From Phyllosticta citribraziliensis (lineage: Eukaryota), in assembly GCF_038025025.1 (NCBI RefSeq), contig NW_027117349.1, positions 744,001 to 808,000 on the forward strand: DNA of 64,000 nucleotides. The letters run 5' to 3'. The notes under the pieces were generated by a model. It did not search any database, had not been told where the DNA came from, and was given only the letters and a program-made list of their open reading frames with translations. The translations under genes and the position numbers were made by a program. This document shows positions 62,240 through 64,000 of the stretch, one piece after another; the first letter of the stretch is position 1, and every line of letters starts with the position of its first letter.

Positions 62240-63868
62240 CTATTGCTCCACCGTGACGACCTTCTCAGCAGGGTCCTTCTCTTTTTCGTCCTCCACCCTG
62301 TCCCTCCCTTGAGACATTTTGGCGCCCTTCTCCAAATCAACGTACTCTTTCTTCCCCTGCCACGACTCCATGGGGATCCCCTCAACCTTCTTGATGCGCT
62401 TTCCTTCTTGGAACATGGCATAGCCGCCCAGGCCCGCCACGCCGCATGCCAGCGCGACGAACAGGCCTGTCGACCACGGCGGCCTGTCGTATCTGTTCAT
62501 AGCCCACATAAAGCCCGCGAGACAGCACTGGAAAAACGTGTTCCACACGTTGCACCAGATGACAAAGTCCATGATCCACAACTTGGTGGGTGAGGCGCGG
62601 ACGCCCGTGGGAGGAGGGTCCGGCACCTTGGACGCAGGAAACGGAATGACTGCCTCATTATCCGTCTGCGCGGCAAGGTCTTTAGGCCCCGTCGTCGGCG
62701 GCAGCGAGTTGGAACCTGGAAGCCTGAACCAATTCCGATGGATGCCAGCGAGCCGGCGGAGGCCGTAATTCTTGCGCTCCGCCTTGCTTTGGCCGCGCTT
62801 CTGGCCCCAGCCCAAGCGCCACACGCACCACCAAGCGAGGTCGCGGAAGCGCCAAGGGGCGAGGCCGAAACCCGTTACGCAGAAGAGGCCGTTGAGAATC
62901 TGCGAGGTGACTTCGATCCAGATGCGGCGGGGGCTTTGGAGATCGTTGCACGACGGGTGGCACATGGCGGGCGCGGCGTTGCAGAGGAGTAGGAAAAGCA
63001 TGCCTCCCCACGCGACGATGTTGAGGCCGTAAATGGTGATGGCGAAGCCGAGGGGAGTGCAGAACCAGCGCCAGAAGGCTTTCAGAGCGAGAACGGTGGA
63101 TGTAGTCCACGGGAGCTTCGGAGGCGGTACATAACCATTATCGCTATTGGCTTGGTTGTTTCCTGTTCGTGTCGTTTTGACCTCGCCGATTCTCGTAGAA
63201 CCAGTCATGGCTGACTCTGGGTTGGTTCGAACAGGTCGAACGCCGTCATCCGTGCTAAGTCTATCCTGGTAACTTGGGCCACATGATGCGATGGGCTCAA
63301 GAGTGCCAGTACCGTCCACTTCAGGGGGGAGCTGGGCCAGCCTAGGTGTAGAATCTGCTGGCAAGTCGTCGGCACCCCTATTGCCTTTGCCCATACTCCA
63401 AATGCTCAGTCCAGTGACGGACCTGCTCAGCCTCCTCCTTCCACTTGCAGGGCTTCCTTCTTCCTCTTCGGGCTCTTCGTTGTTTGCTGTCAGATGTGCT
63501 AGGCTCCCTCTGCGTATTTCTGCGGGCGTGTGGACTCTAGCGGCGGCGTTTCCGGTAGCCGCCATGAAACCAGTTGGGAGGTCTGCCTCCAAGACTCTGA
63601 GGGAAGCGGAGCGTAATCTCTCAGCGGCATTTGTCGCAACCGAGGCAGTCCTCGCGCGCGAAAGCTGTCTTCTTGGTTCCGGGCGTTCTTCAGGAGGATT
63701 CGATGCAGGCGGGGAGGGCGCAGATGTCGGAGAAGTTGGAGAAGTTGGCGAAGGCTGGGAATTTGGAGCGTTGGTGGTAGGATTAGACGATGCCGACGAA
63801 ACAGAAAAAGCCGATGGAACAGGCGGTAACGTGGAAGCAGCTGAGACACTGCGTGCGTCGGCTGCCAT
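62240..63868 (-). CDS. DUF2985-family membrane protein
   Basis: TPLGFAITIYGLNIVAWGGMLFLLL, RIWIEVTSQILNGLFCVTGFGLAPWRFRD, WNTFFQ, RYDRP. Disordered N-terminus. Confidence 0.82.
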   Translation of the reverse strand: MAADARSVSAASTLPPVPSAFSVSSASSNPTTNAPNSQPSPTSPTSPTSAPSPPASNPPEERPEPRRQLSRARTASVATNAAERLRSASLRVLEADLPTGFMAATGNAAARVHTPAEIRRGSLAHLTANNEEPEEEEGSPASGRRRLSRSVTGLSIWSMGKGNRGADDLPADSTPRLAQLPPEVDGTGTLEPIASCGPSYQDRLSTDDGVRPVRTNPESAMTGSTRIGEVKTTRTGNNQANSDNGYVPPPKLPWTTSTVLALKAFWRWFCTPLGFAITIYGLNIVAWGGMLFLLLCNAAPAMCHPSCNDLQSPRRIWIEVTSQILNGLFCVTGFGLAPWRFRDLAWWCVWRLGWGQKRGQSKAERKNYGLRRLAGIHRNWFRLPGSNSLPPTTGPKDLAAQTDNEAVIPFPASKVPDPPPTGVRASPTKLWIMDFVIWCNVWNTFFQCCLAGFMWAMNRYDRPPWSTGLFVALACGVAGLGGYAMFQEGKRIKKVEGIPMESWQGKKEYVDLEKGAKMSQGRDRVEDEKEKDPAEKVVTVEQ

Positions 63869-64000
63869 GTTGGGCTGGGATAGGTAGTCAAATGCCTAGT
63901 GCTGTGGCTCGACAGATGGATAACGGCTGGGCAGTGTCTGCGGTGTGTAAGCGGCCGCCGTTTTTTCCAACGTCCCTTGGACAATTTCCGAGAACAGCTC

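Overview
Eukaryotic, intron-containing, GC-rich DNA from a filamentous ascomycete (Pezizomycotina). Evidence: GT-AG introns of about 45-65 nt with CTRAC branch points, microsatellite-rich intergenic DNA, and a RIP-mutated element. About 17 protein genes can be supported: cell-wall-integrity MAPKK (MKK1/2), DEAD-box helicase DBP8, an HSL-family esterase, a BOR1-type borate transporter, a 1017-aa disordered repeat protein, a secreted GH3 beta-glucosidase, an FHA-forkhead factor, EFR3, a GST, branchpoint-bridging protein (MSL5/BBP/SF1), a Tri12-like MFS pump, a PX-associated protein, a stand-alone adenylation enzyme, a DUF1330-like protein, an allantoate-permease-type MFS, a DUF2985 protein and a possible BTB-like orphan. 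Two low-complexity ORFs are less certain. Most interesting signals: (1) the intron splitting the KH domain of the BBP/SF1 gene is about 3x normal length and holds six branchpoint-like CTAAY motifs plus alternative splice sites that all create premature stops, a candidate autoregulatory splicing circuit; (2) the orphan 1017-aa protein has tandem 39-aa units pairing a SIM-like with an AIM-like motif; (3) a frameshifted HTH (pogo/CENP-B-like) gene relic; (4) a 491-bp RIPed MITE with 125-bp TIRs about 80 bp upstream of a start codon. All family assignments are by motif recognition, not database search.
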